DNA of 64,000 nt, taken from Azolla caroliniana. Lineage: Eukaryota > Plantae > Polypodiophyta. Shown here one piece after another: positions 51,765 to 62,600 of the stretch. The DNA lies in contig JBHGNT010000016.1 of assembly GCA_043228905.1 (NCBI GenBank), positions 10,230,001 to 10,294,000 on the forward strand, written 5' to 3'. A model generated the notes under the pieces. The model saw nothing but the letters and a program-made list of their open reading frames with translations. It made no database searches and was not told where the DNA came from. The stretch's first letter is position 1; the number at the start of each line of letters is the position of its first letter. The position numbers were made by a program, and so were the translations under genes.

Positions 51765-54700
51765 ATGTCTAGACCAAACGATGACCACATCACCGAACGA
51801 GGGAGACGATACACCGAACGCGAGCAACGACGGGAAGCCCTGCAACAAGCCGTCGACGAGATCCGGCGGGATCGGTCATTCTCCAAAACTCTTCGGAGAG
51901 TCGCAGAAGAAGCACTGCAGTTCCGGGTTCTGCAAATCCCCGACGAAGGCAGTAGCATAACAAGCCTGCAAGAGGCGGAAATGATACTGCAGACGCTCGC
52001 CGGGGGCGACGGGGACTCGGAAGCATTCGTAACACTTGAGGCGGAGTCGGAAAGCGACGGAAGCGTTGCGTCCCGGTATAAAAGCAGCCACGACACACCA
52101 AACGACCGGGAGGATGAGGGGTCGGAAGACTCAGTAACACCGGCGCCAGAGCAAGAAAAAACCCTGGAATTCGGTGATCGGCAATCGCCGAGGGAGGCTG
52201 ACCGGATACCGACAACACCCGCGGAGGAACCAAAGGACCGGACATCGGCAACATGTCACAGGAGAAGTATGTGACAAACGTAATCCCAACACAACACCCG
52301 CGGAGGAACCAAAGGTTCTCACACCAACGACAACAGCGGACAGAGAGCGGAGGAAATAGGAGAGTCAGTTGGACGACACGATGCCGTACCCATACCCAAA
52401 GTACCGGGATGAGGCCGACGCGGAGGCACAAGTGTACGCATTCCTCCAAACATGGGAAGCCAACCATGTCTCCCAAAGACTGATGGAGCCCGAAGCCGAA
52501 TGATCCAAAGTCGCCGAATTCGGCATAACCTTGGAAGGACCGGCGGCCCGATGGCACGCAAAGCACTTACCGGGCAGCTTTGTCACATTCGATGCCTTGA
52601 AGGCTAGATTCCTCAGGCTTTTTCACAGACAATTGGAGCAAAGGGAATTGGTCGGGCAGTTCTACACCACCCGGCAGGAAGAGAAGGAGACGGTGCCACA
52701 ATTCATCATTCGGTTTCAGACCCTGCACAACAAACTGACAAGAGCACCACCCGAAGACGAAGCCAAAGCAGTCTTTTTGGCCGCACTGAAAGAGCCACTT
52801 CGAACAATGTGCGGAGTCCTTGATTTCCAAACCAGCACAATGGACCAAGTTATTGATCGGGTTTTAGAAATGGACAAGACTAGCCCCTTCTTGTCGATGG
52901 GGATGTTACACCGGGCACTCCCGAAGGAGGAAGACTTGAGGTTCCGACAGGCCTTACAATGTACAACATGCCTAAATTCGGGGCACTCAACAGTAGAATG
53001 CACCCTGCGGACACAATGTATGATCTGCAACTCTCGAGCCCATACAACGGACCGATGCGAATATAACCTGTTAAATCGGTAGGCAGCACCGGTTCGACAC
53101 ATAGAACCGCGCAATCAGAACCCGGACGAGGATCGATTCCGGAGAGACGACCGCTACCAACGTGAACGCGGTAACAGATACGCGATAACTATGACCGAGA
53201 GGAGAGATGCAGAGATAGCTACCCCCGGGACCGGTACGATCGAGATGAATCCCCGGAATACGAACGACGCAGAGAAGAGAGGCGACAAGGGAACCGAAAT
53301 TTCCGACGGAATCAGAAGCGTGGATTTTTCCGAAGAGAGGAACGTCGGGAGGCAGCGAGGAATGACAACCCGGTATCGGTACCGGATAACCGAGAAACCG
53401 AAGACGACCGCCAGAGCATACCCACCCTCCAAACCGGGGACAAAGGAGAAACGAGCAACAGTCACAAGGTGTACTGTTATTACTGCCGTAAGGAAGGCCA
53501 CTATAGTAACCAATGCCCAAGTAAAACCAATGACAAGCAGCCGGAAGTCAATATGGTTACAGCCGAAATAACAGAAGTACAGCAGGTCACAACCCGGTCA
53601 AAGGGAAAGACCGCTGAGTGGGAAGCCCAGGAGGCAATCAGAAAACAAGCGGCACAATGGATCAAGGAGGCCAATGAACAGAATGCGGCAGAAGTAAGAG
53701 ACCAAAATATGCCAGAAGACGAAGAAATCTTACAGCCAGGAGAAAACCCGACGTGGCAAGCGCTACAGGACTGTCAAATCGTGCTGCCGTTAGCACGACT
53801 ACTACAGTTAGTGCCACGGTTTACGGCAGACCTACGGGCATCCGTCAGCAAACCGAAGCCGACGCCAACACCGGCATTCTTCTCCAACCCGAAGGAAGGA
53901 CCAGCGGTGGTCGATACAAGTAGCCCGGCGATCACGGCAATCGTGAAAGGAAAGGAAATTGCTGGAACGATTATTGACGGAGGCCCTGGGGTAAATGTCA
54001 TTAGCCAACAGACATGCAACGACCTGGGCATCCGGGAATGGGAACCATGCCCCTTCTGGTTACGCATGGCGGATACCAGCTCAGTCCGACCGACCGGGCT
54101 TATCCGGGATTTGGAAGTAACGATCGGAGGCCACGTATTCCGGATATCGGCCGTGGTGCTGCAGCTGAATGTACAAAGCGCGTACCCCCTACTGCTAGGA
54201 CGACCATGGTTGCGAACGGCGCATATCAAGCAGAGCTGGCAAAAGAACATGATCACATTCCGGCGAGGGAAAACAAAGGTACGAGTAACGACGCAACCAC
54301 GGGTGATCACCAGTAAGGAAGCAACTCCATTGTATGCGGAAAGCATTAACATGTTGGAGGGATTACTGGACGAGGAAGTCGAGCGGTACCTCGAGGAACA
54401 CCCACGAATCGTCCCACTATTTGAGGTGGATATCACGGCGGCAGTAGAACCGTACATTACGACGCTGGATGAACCGGACCAAGCGGCGATCCGGGAACTG
54501 CGACAAGCCCAGGAATCCCTAGAGAGGGAAATGACGATATCCTAGAGGGTAAAAGCATCCCAACTCGAGGAGGTGGACCTCGGCACAACAGACAAGCCCC
54601 GACCGGTAAATGTTGCAAAGGAATTGCCGAAGGAAGAAAAGAAGGCAATGGTAGCATTATTAACAGACTTCAAGGATGTGTTCGCGTGGTCGTACGAAGA

Positions 54701-57506
54701 CATGCGAGGGCTGGACCCCCAACTCTATCAGCACCAAATTCACCTAAGTACGGACGTGAAACCGATCGCTCAACGCAGGTACCGGATGAATCCGAATTAT
54801 GCGGCAAAGGTGAAGGAGGAAATTGATAAGCTCCTCCGGGTCGGATTTATCCGACCGGTCAAGTAGGCAACCTGGCTGAGTCCGATAGTGGTGGTCCCGA
54901 AAAAGAATGGCAAAATCCGGGTATGCGTGGACTACCGAAAACTAAATGCCGCAACAGTGACCGATGCGTTTCCACTACCATTTACCGACGGGGTGTTAGA
55001 TGCGGTAGCCGGCCACGAAGTTTACAGCTTCCTGGATGGATTTAGCGGCTACAACCAAATACGAATGAACCCAGCCGACCAGGAGAAGACAACGTTCGTG
55101 ACGGAATGGGGAGTGTTCGTCGCGGTCGTGATGATGTTCGGACTAAAGACGGCTCCAGCGACCTTTCAATGGATAATAATGGAAATTTTCGGGGAATATA
55201 TCCCCGGTTTTATGCAGGTCTTCCTTGACAATTTCGCGGTCTACAGCCGGCACGGAGAGCATCTCGATCACCTCCGGCTGTGCTTGGAGAAGTGCCGCGA
55301 GTACCGATTGAGCCTGAACCCGGCCAAGTGCATCTTTGGAGTGGCGAGCGGCAACTTACTAGGGCACGTGGTGAGTAAGGAAGGAACCGCGGTAGATCCG
55401 GATAAAGTCAAGGCGATTCTCGAGGCACCAGCACCAAATAACGCAAAGGCTTTAAGCCGGTTCCTGGGCCAAATAAGGTGGCATAGCCAGATGATACGAC
55501 ACCTCGCAGACTTCGCTACACCGTTACATACCGCCGTACATAGGGTACCCTTCCTATGGGCGGAGACGGAGGAGGAATCCTACAAAGCGTTGAAGGTTAT
55601 GCTGTCGCAAGCTCCGGTGGTGCAACCGCCAGATTGGAGTAAAAGCTTTCACGTCTTCGTCGACGCGTCGGACGTAGCAATCGGCAGCGTTCTGATGCAA
55701 CTCACGGAGCCGAAATGGTATCGACCGGTGTACTACGCAAGCCGGAAACTCTCAAAAGCCGAACGGAATTACTCTACGACGAAACGCGAGGCATTGGGAA
55801 TGGTGTATAGTGTCACAAAGTACAGGCACTATCTGCTCGGAAGGAAGTTTTCCTTCCATGTCGACCATTCGGCACTACTCTACCTGGTCTCGAAGGCATC
55901 CCTGACGGGAAAAATTGCACGGTGGACACTGCTGCTACAGGAATTTGAATTCGACATTTTCCACCGACCCGGGGCGCAGCATGCGGTAGCGGACTACCTA
56001 AGCAGACTCGAATCCGGAGAAGCAGGGGACGGCGTCCAGGATGAGTTTCCCGACGCCGAATTGTTCCGGATCACGACGAAACCGGCAACGGATACAACGG
56101 TAGCCGATGAAGACACATGGCTAACTGAGATGCATCAGTTCCTAAGCACCGGAGTTCCCCCGGAGAACATGGACTGCGATGAAAGGAAAAGGGTAGCAGT
56201 AAGAAGCAGACATTTCTGCTTGGTTGGAGACACTCTCTATCACAAGGGGGCAGATGGCATCTGGAGATGAGCAGTGCGGAGCGATGAGAAGGATCTAATC
56301 CTCAGGGAAGCCCACTGTGGAATTGCCGGCGGGCATTATGCCGGCAACGCAACCGCTCGAAAAATATGGCAGAGCGGACTGTGGTGGCCGACCACCCTAA
56401 AAGATGCCGTGAAGTATAGCAGAGAATGCGATTTGTGTCAACGACTGGGCCAACCCACAGAGTAGGCCCGGATGCCACACCACCCGGTCTTGCCCTTGGA
56501 ACCGTTTCAAAAGTGGGGGTTGGACTTTGTCGGTCCCTTCAAACCACCGGCAATGCGAACCGGAAATCGGTATGTCATAGTGGCGACCGACTATTGCACC
56601 AAATGGGTAGAAGCAAAGGCCTTACGGGACAACACGGCCGCGTCCACGGAAAAGTTTCTGTACGAGTGCATATGGTGCCGGTATGGATGCCCGATCGAGC
56701 TTATAAGTGACCAAGGAGGACATTTTCTCGGGCAGGTAGTAGAAATCCTGACGTCATTTTACGTGGTGGTACATAAAAAGAGTACTCCCTACTACCCTCA
56801 AGCCAATGGACTAGCGGAATCAATGAACAAAACTTTGCAGAACATTCTACGAAAAATCGTCAACGAGAACCGGACCGACTGGGATACGAAATTGCAAAGC
56901 GCGCTATGGGCATACCGAACAACCTACAAAACCAGCATCCGGACAACCCCGTTCCGACTAGCATTCGGTTTAGAAGCGGTCATGCCGGTAGAGTTCCAGA
57001 TCCCCAGCTTACGGATTCAGGTGAAGGAGCGCTTAAGTGAGAACGAGTCCGAACGAATCCGGCTGGCGATGTTGTTGGAATTAGAAGAAAACCGAATAGC
57101 CAGCTTACTACAACTCGAACTGGAGCAAAGGAGGAGAAAAGCTTTCGTGGACCGACACCGGCGTGGCAATGAAAAGGAGTTCGAAGTCGGGAAACCGGTG
57201 CTACTATTCCAGACACGGATGGGGAACATGCCGGGAAAGTTGCGGTTTCGATGGACCGGACCGTTCTGGATCACCAAGGAGTACAATGGGTCGTATCAGC
57301 TCGGCACGTTGTCTGGAGATGTCATCGGCAAGTGGGCAAATGGATTTCGGCTAAAGCCGTATAAGGGAAATATGCCAGCCAACCCGTTCAAGCAAAACCC
57401 GGAAATCCGGCAAGATGAGGAACCGACACTGACAGACGCTGCTGAAGATATTCGGATCGAGGAAGAACCGACACCGATACTGACAAAGACTATCCCGGAA
57501 AACTGA
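51765..57506 (+). pseudogene. Gypsy G gag-pol (originally one reading frame) with nonsense mutations
   Basis: ORFs 53469, 54573, 54888, 56274 and 56472 are all in one frame, separated by single stops. PR IIDGGPGVNV; RT YSFLDGFSGYNQI; RH DASDVAIGS; [12 protein letters not shown] and WTGPF. Confidence 0.93.
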
Positions 57507-58007
57507 CAGAAGGATCCGGTATCCACACGAACCGACCTGAACAAATCGGGGGGGACCAGCAAATGACGTGGTCCAAACAAAGAAAAAAAAAGAAAAAAAA
57601 AAGAGGAAAAAAAAAGAAAAAAAGAAGAAGAAGACGTGGGCAAAATTGACGCGAATCATAGTAATGATGGGGAGATCACAAGAGGTGGGAGCGCCACCAT
57701 GCAACGAAGAGGCGCCATGCATTAAAGAAGGACGTGCGCGTACTTGCTATTTAAAGCATGGAACGTGGGCACTCACACGCGGCAAACAAGAAAGGACATA
57801 CTAATTATGGCGGGAGAGGAACATGCGCGGGAAATGAAAAAGGGTGGCTCGAGGCAAAAGCCACTATATAAGACACAGGCCTGCGAAGGGCTCACTTTTT
57901 ACGAATTTTCCTACATACAGGCGCAGAAGCACAGAAGAGCGATCCGACGCACAGAGCACACATAGCGCGATCCCGAACAACAGGCAGCAGAAGAAGAATT
58001 CGAAACA

Positions 58008-58440
58008 ATGGTACTGTCGGAAGAGGCACGCCAATGGATGAGGGAGAACGGGTTAAAAGGATTGCTGCGGATCGCCGACGCTCCACCACAAGCAGAACCA
58101 GAGCAGGCGGCAGCATCGATCGATATATCAGAAGTCACGGAAGGAGCGGTGCAGGCGCTCACGGGGATAAAAGCAGGAGGACTTCAAACAATCGAAAATC
58201 CTTCAAGTGAAATCCTGTTCGAATATTTCGGGGAGTACTCTATCAGCAGCAAGGCATATCGAACGCAGGGCGGAGAGAACCTGTTGTTCGGAGAAGTGGC
58301 CCGCGCCATGATGGAATACGGATTCGTGAATCCCCGTCCCCCGGCCATAGCCAAGTACCGGGCAGCGTTCTTAATAGCAGTGTACGAAGGCTTACAAGTA
58401 GATTGGCTCCATTTCATCACCGAAGGATTGAAGGAGGCCG
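58008..58440 (+). pseudogene. ORF2 N-terminal domain of Gypsy G, truncated by deletion
   Basis: EYFGEYSISSKAYRTQGGENLLFGEVARAMMEYGFV...YEGLQVDWLHFITEG, homologous to 11877-12704. Confidence 0.75.
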
Positions 58441-58443
58441 GGA

Positions 58444-58483
58444 GTGGTTTCGAAGTGCAAGGCACTTTCCCACGGGCGTGCCA
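58444..58483 (+). other. tRNA-Arg-like 3'-half element at the PPT position of Gypsy G unit 1
   Basis: GTGGTTTCGA-AGTGCAAGGCACTT-TCCCACGGGCGTGCCA, then TG, then the LTR TGTTGG. Confidence 0.8.
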
Positions 58484-58485
58484 TG

Positions 58486-58875
58486 TGTTGGCCGGTCAGA
58501 AGAGCAAGGACAAGTGGGAAGGCGGAGTCGGATCGGATAATAGGAAGTAAATAATAGTAGAATTATTATTCGGAGGGACGGATCCGGTACAGTTGTACCG
58601 ATCCGGATCCGGACCGATTCGGATGTTGGTTGCCTAAGCGCACCGATTGTAACCTTTCCGGATGCCTATAAAAGGATCCGATGATTTGTAAAGGGTTTTG
58701 ACGGAAGTAATACAATAGTAATTATTGCGTGTTTATCTGTATCTCGTATTGTCTACCGTCTGTGCTTAATTGTAATCATCTTACGCGTGTAACCTAGCAT
58801 CCAATCCTTACCACCCCTTTGGAGAAGTGTCGGATAGACACCTGTGTTGAGGCTAGTCCGGCTAGACAGACAACA
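58486..58875 (+). repeat. LTR2 of Gypsy G
   Basis: 390-bp direct repeat of LTR1. Confidence 0.95.
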
Positions 58876-59086
58876 CTATTTTACAGGAAGAACCCGGACG
58901 AAGCGGTGAGGAAGCACCGGCACCACAGAATCAAGCAGAGCCGGAGCAGCACATTTTTACGGAACAGCCCACCCAACCGGAGGTCGGAGACCAGGCAGGC
59001 AAGGAACATGAACAGGAGGAAGAAGCACCACTTGACACCATCGAGCAAAGTGTGCTCGATATTTTGGAGGAAGACTAAGGCCGGGA

Positions 59087-59126
59087 GTGGATTCGAAGTG
59101 CAAGGCACTTTCCAACGGGCGTGCCA
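59087..59126 (+). other. tRNA-Arg-like 3'-half element before LTR3 of Gypsy G
   Basis: GTGGATTCGA-AGTGCAAGGCACTT-TCCAACGGGCGTGCCA, then TG, then the LTR. Confidence 0.8.
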
Positions 59127-59128
59127 TG

Positions 59129-59518
59129 TGTTGGCCGGTCAGAAGAGCAAGGACAAGTGGGAAGGCGGAGTCGGATCGGATAATAGGAAGTAAATAATAG
59201 TAGAATTATTATTCGGAGGGACGGATCCGGTACAGTTGTACCGATCCGGATCCGGACCGATTCGGATGTCGGTTGCCTAAGCGCACCGATTGTAACCTTG
59301 CCGGATGCCTATAAAAGGATCCGATGATTTGTAAAGGGTTTTGACGGAAGTAATACAATAGTAATTATTGCGTGTTTATCTGTATCTCGTATTGTCTACC
59401 GTCTGTGCTTAATTGTAATCATCTTACGCGTGTAACCTAGCATCCAATCCTTACCACCCCTTTGGAGAAGTGTCGGATAGACACCTGTGTTGAGGCTAGT
59501 CCGGCTAGACAGACAACA
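59129..59518 (+). repeat. LTR3 of Gypsy G
   Basis: 390-bp direct repeat followed by the PBS and a second gag. Confidence 0.95.
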
Positions 59519-61397
59519 CTATTTTGGCGACCACGATTCCTGCAAAGTGCAGAGGACAACCGGGGGATGGATGTCTAGACCAAACGACGACCACATCACC
59601 GAACGAGGGAGACGATACACCGAACGCGAGCAACGACGGGAAGCCCTGCAACAAGCCGTCGACGAGATCCAGCGGGATCGGTCATTCTCCAAAACTCTTC
59701 GGAGAGTCGCAGAAGAAGCACTGCAGTTCCGGGTTCTGCAAATCCCCGACGAAGGCAATAGCATAACAAGCCTGCAAGAGGCGGAAACGATACTGCAGAC
59801 GCTCGCCGGGGGCGACGGGGACTCGGAAGCATTCGCAACACTTGAGGCGGAGTCGGAAAGCGACGGAAGCGTTGCGTCCAGGTATAAAAGCAGCCACGAC
59901 ACACCAAACGACCGGGAGGACGAGGGGTCGGAAGACTCAGTAACACCGGCGCCAGAGCAAGAAATAACCCTGGAATTCGGTGATCGGCAATCGCCGAGGG
60001 AGGCTGACAGGATACCAACACCCGCGAGGAACCAAAGGTTCTCACACCAACGACAACAGCGGAAAGAGAGCGGAGGAAATAGGAGAGTCAGTTGGACGAC
60101 ACGATGTCGTACCCATACCCAAAGTACCGGGATGAGGCCGACGCGGAGGCACACGTGTACGCATTCCTCCAAACATGGGAAGCCAACCATGTCTCCCAAA
60201 GACTGATGGAGCCCGAAGCCGAATGATCCAAAGTCGCCGAATTCGGCATAACCTTGGAAGGACCGGCGGCCCGATGGCACGCAAAGCACTTACCGGGTAG
60301 CTTTGTCACATTCGATGCCTTGAATGCCAGATTCCTCAGGCTTTTTCACAGACAATTTGAGCAAAGGGAATTGGTCGGGCAGTTCTACACCACCCGGCAG
60401 GAAGAGAAGGAGACGGTGCCACAATTCATCATTCGGTTTCAGACCCTGCACAACAAACTGACAAGAGCACCACCCGAAGACGAAGCCAAAGCAGTCTTTT
60501 TGGCCGCACTGAAAGAGCCACTTCGAACAATGTGCGGAGTCCTTGATTTCCAAACCAGCACAATGGACCAAGTTATTGATCGGGTTTTAGAAATGGACAA
60601 GACTAGCCCCTTCTTGTCGATGGGGATGTTACACCGGGCACTCCCGAAGGAGGAAGACTTGAGGTTCCGACAGGCCTTACAATGTACAACATGCCTAAAT
60701 TCGGGGCACTCAACAGTAGAATGCACCCTGGGGACACAATGTATGATCTGCAACTCTCGAGCCCATACAACGGACCGATGCGAATATAACCTGTTAAATC
60801 GGCAGGTAGCACCGGTTCGACACATAGAACCGCGCAATCAAAACCTGGACGAGGATCGATTCCGGAGAGACGACCGCTACCAACGCGAACACGGTAATAG
60901 ATACGCTGACAGAAGACGTGATAACTATGACCGAGAGGAGAGACGCAGAGATAGCTACCCCCGGGACCGGTACGACCGAGACGAATCCCCGGAATACGAA
61001 CGACGCAGAGAAGAGAGGCGACAAGGGAACCGAAATTGCTGACGGAATCAGAAGCGTGGATTTTTCCGAAGAGAGGAACGTCGGGAGGAAGCGAGGAATG
61101 ACAACCCGGTATCGGTACCGGATAACCGAAAAATCGAAGACGACCGCCGGAGCATACCCACCCTCCAAACCGGGGACAAAGGAGAAACGAGCAACAGTCA
61201 CAAGGTGTACTGTTATTACTGCCGTAAGGAAGGCGACTATAGTAACCAATGCCCAAGCAAAACCAATGACAAGCAGCCGGAAGTCAACATGGTTACAGCC
61301 GAAATAACAGAAGTACAGTAGGTCACAACCCGGTCAAAGGGAAAGACCGCCAAGTGGGAAGCCTAGGAGGCAATCAGAAAACAAGCGGCACAAAGGA

Positions 61398-62600
61398 TTG
61401 AAGGCAAAGCCACAATGGCTGAGATGGCTTTCGGAGCAGTTATCGGGAGTAGCGGACCAGTTAGAAAAAGAAGAAACGTGTAGGCAACAGCTGACGCATA
61501 CAACAACTCAGGAGTTGGTCGCGCTCCGAACACAAATCGAGGAAATGCAAGGGGAGCTGTTGCAGGCAAGGGAAGGAATTCAACAAGCACAAGTTGTCAC
61601 CGAGCCGGTCGGGACAACAAGGAAGCAACCAGAACCGGAACCGGTAGCCTTGCAAACCGGCCCTGAGACCGAAAAAATAATAGAAACCTTACGAGAGGAG
61701 TTAAAAGCTCAGGAGGCATTAAGGGGAAGAGAAAGGGAGCAGCGGAAAGCGGTGGAGGACGACAGAAGAAAAATGGAAGAAGGCCTCCGGAAAGGTCGAG
61801 CCGCTAATGACCGACTACAAGAAGAAAAAGAGAAGCTGCAAAAGGAGAAGGACCGACTACGTCGACATGCCGAGCAAGAGATAGAACGACTGTAGGAAGA
61901 ACTCCGACAACAGAAGGACTGGGACGATCGGTTAAGAGCTCAGGCAAACCGACGCCTGAAGCAGAAGACGGAGGACTTCGACCGTCTCTACCGAGATCAC
62001 AAGCAGGCCGAGTCGGACAACAAGAAACGGGCCGCAGACTACGACCGGCAAATAGAGAAGCTGAAAGAACAGCTCAAAGAAACCCGATTAGACCTGGCTA
62101 GGCAATGGATGAGGTCAATGCCAACAAGGAAGCATTGTCGGCGGAAATAGCCCAAGCGACGGAGAGAAGGAAGGAATTAGAGGCGCTAAGGCGGGAAAAG
62201 CTGGACCTGACCAAGATCAGGAATGAAGAAAAGGAAAAATCGACCTTCACGATCAGCAAACTGCAAAGTACCTATGAAAAGCAGAAAGCGGATTACGAGG
62301 CCCAGGCTCAGATAATGGCCAACATTATAAAACGGGCAAGGAAGGAAAAGCAGGAAGCTTATGCGCATGCTAAGGCAGGGGTTGACCGGATCAAGCTCAT
62401 CATGTCAGGATGGAGTACCCGAGATCAAGCAAGCATCAACGAAAGTACGGAAAAGCTATGGAAGGAGTGGTCACAACAGGCAGCCAAGCTGCAGACACTC
62501 CGAGCGGATGTCGAGAATCGGAGGAAGACCGGTGACAAGTTCTACAAGATGGATGAGGAAAGTATCGTCGCCATTAGGGAAGAATTGTCGGAAGAGTTGT
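61398..62600 (+). pseudogene. Coiled-coil middle part of Gypsy G ORF2, joined directly to gag by deletion
   Basis: E/K/R/Q-rich ORFs 61398-61895 and 62105-62602; LRADVENRRKTGDKFYKMDEE matches the motif in elements B and F. Confidence 0.75.

Larger units (their letters stand above)
51323..62600 (+). mobile_element. Athila-like Ty3/Gypsy element G: head-to-tail tandem with three LTRs; right end deleted
   Basis: 390-bp LTRs at 51323-51712, 58486-58875 and 59129-59518; PBS TGGCGACCAC at 51719 and 59525; gag-pol 51765-57506; second gag copy 59571-61397. Confidence 0.92.

Noticed and set aside
52501-52503. Programmed readthrough stop in gag (TGA shared by two units)
   Set aside because: Better explained by CGA>TGA decay before duplication; element B has a sense codon at the aligned position.
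58444-58483. True tRNA gene or SINE
   Set aside because: Only the T-arm and acceptor 3' strand are present. There is no D-arm, anticodon arm or A box, and the position is fixed relative to the LTR.
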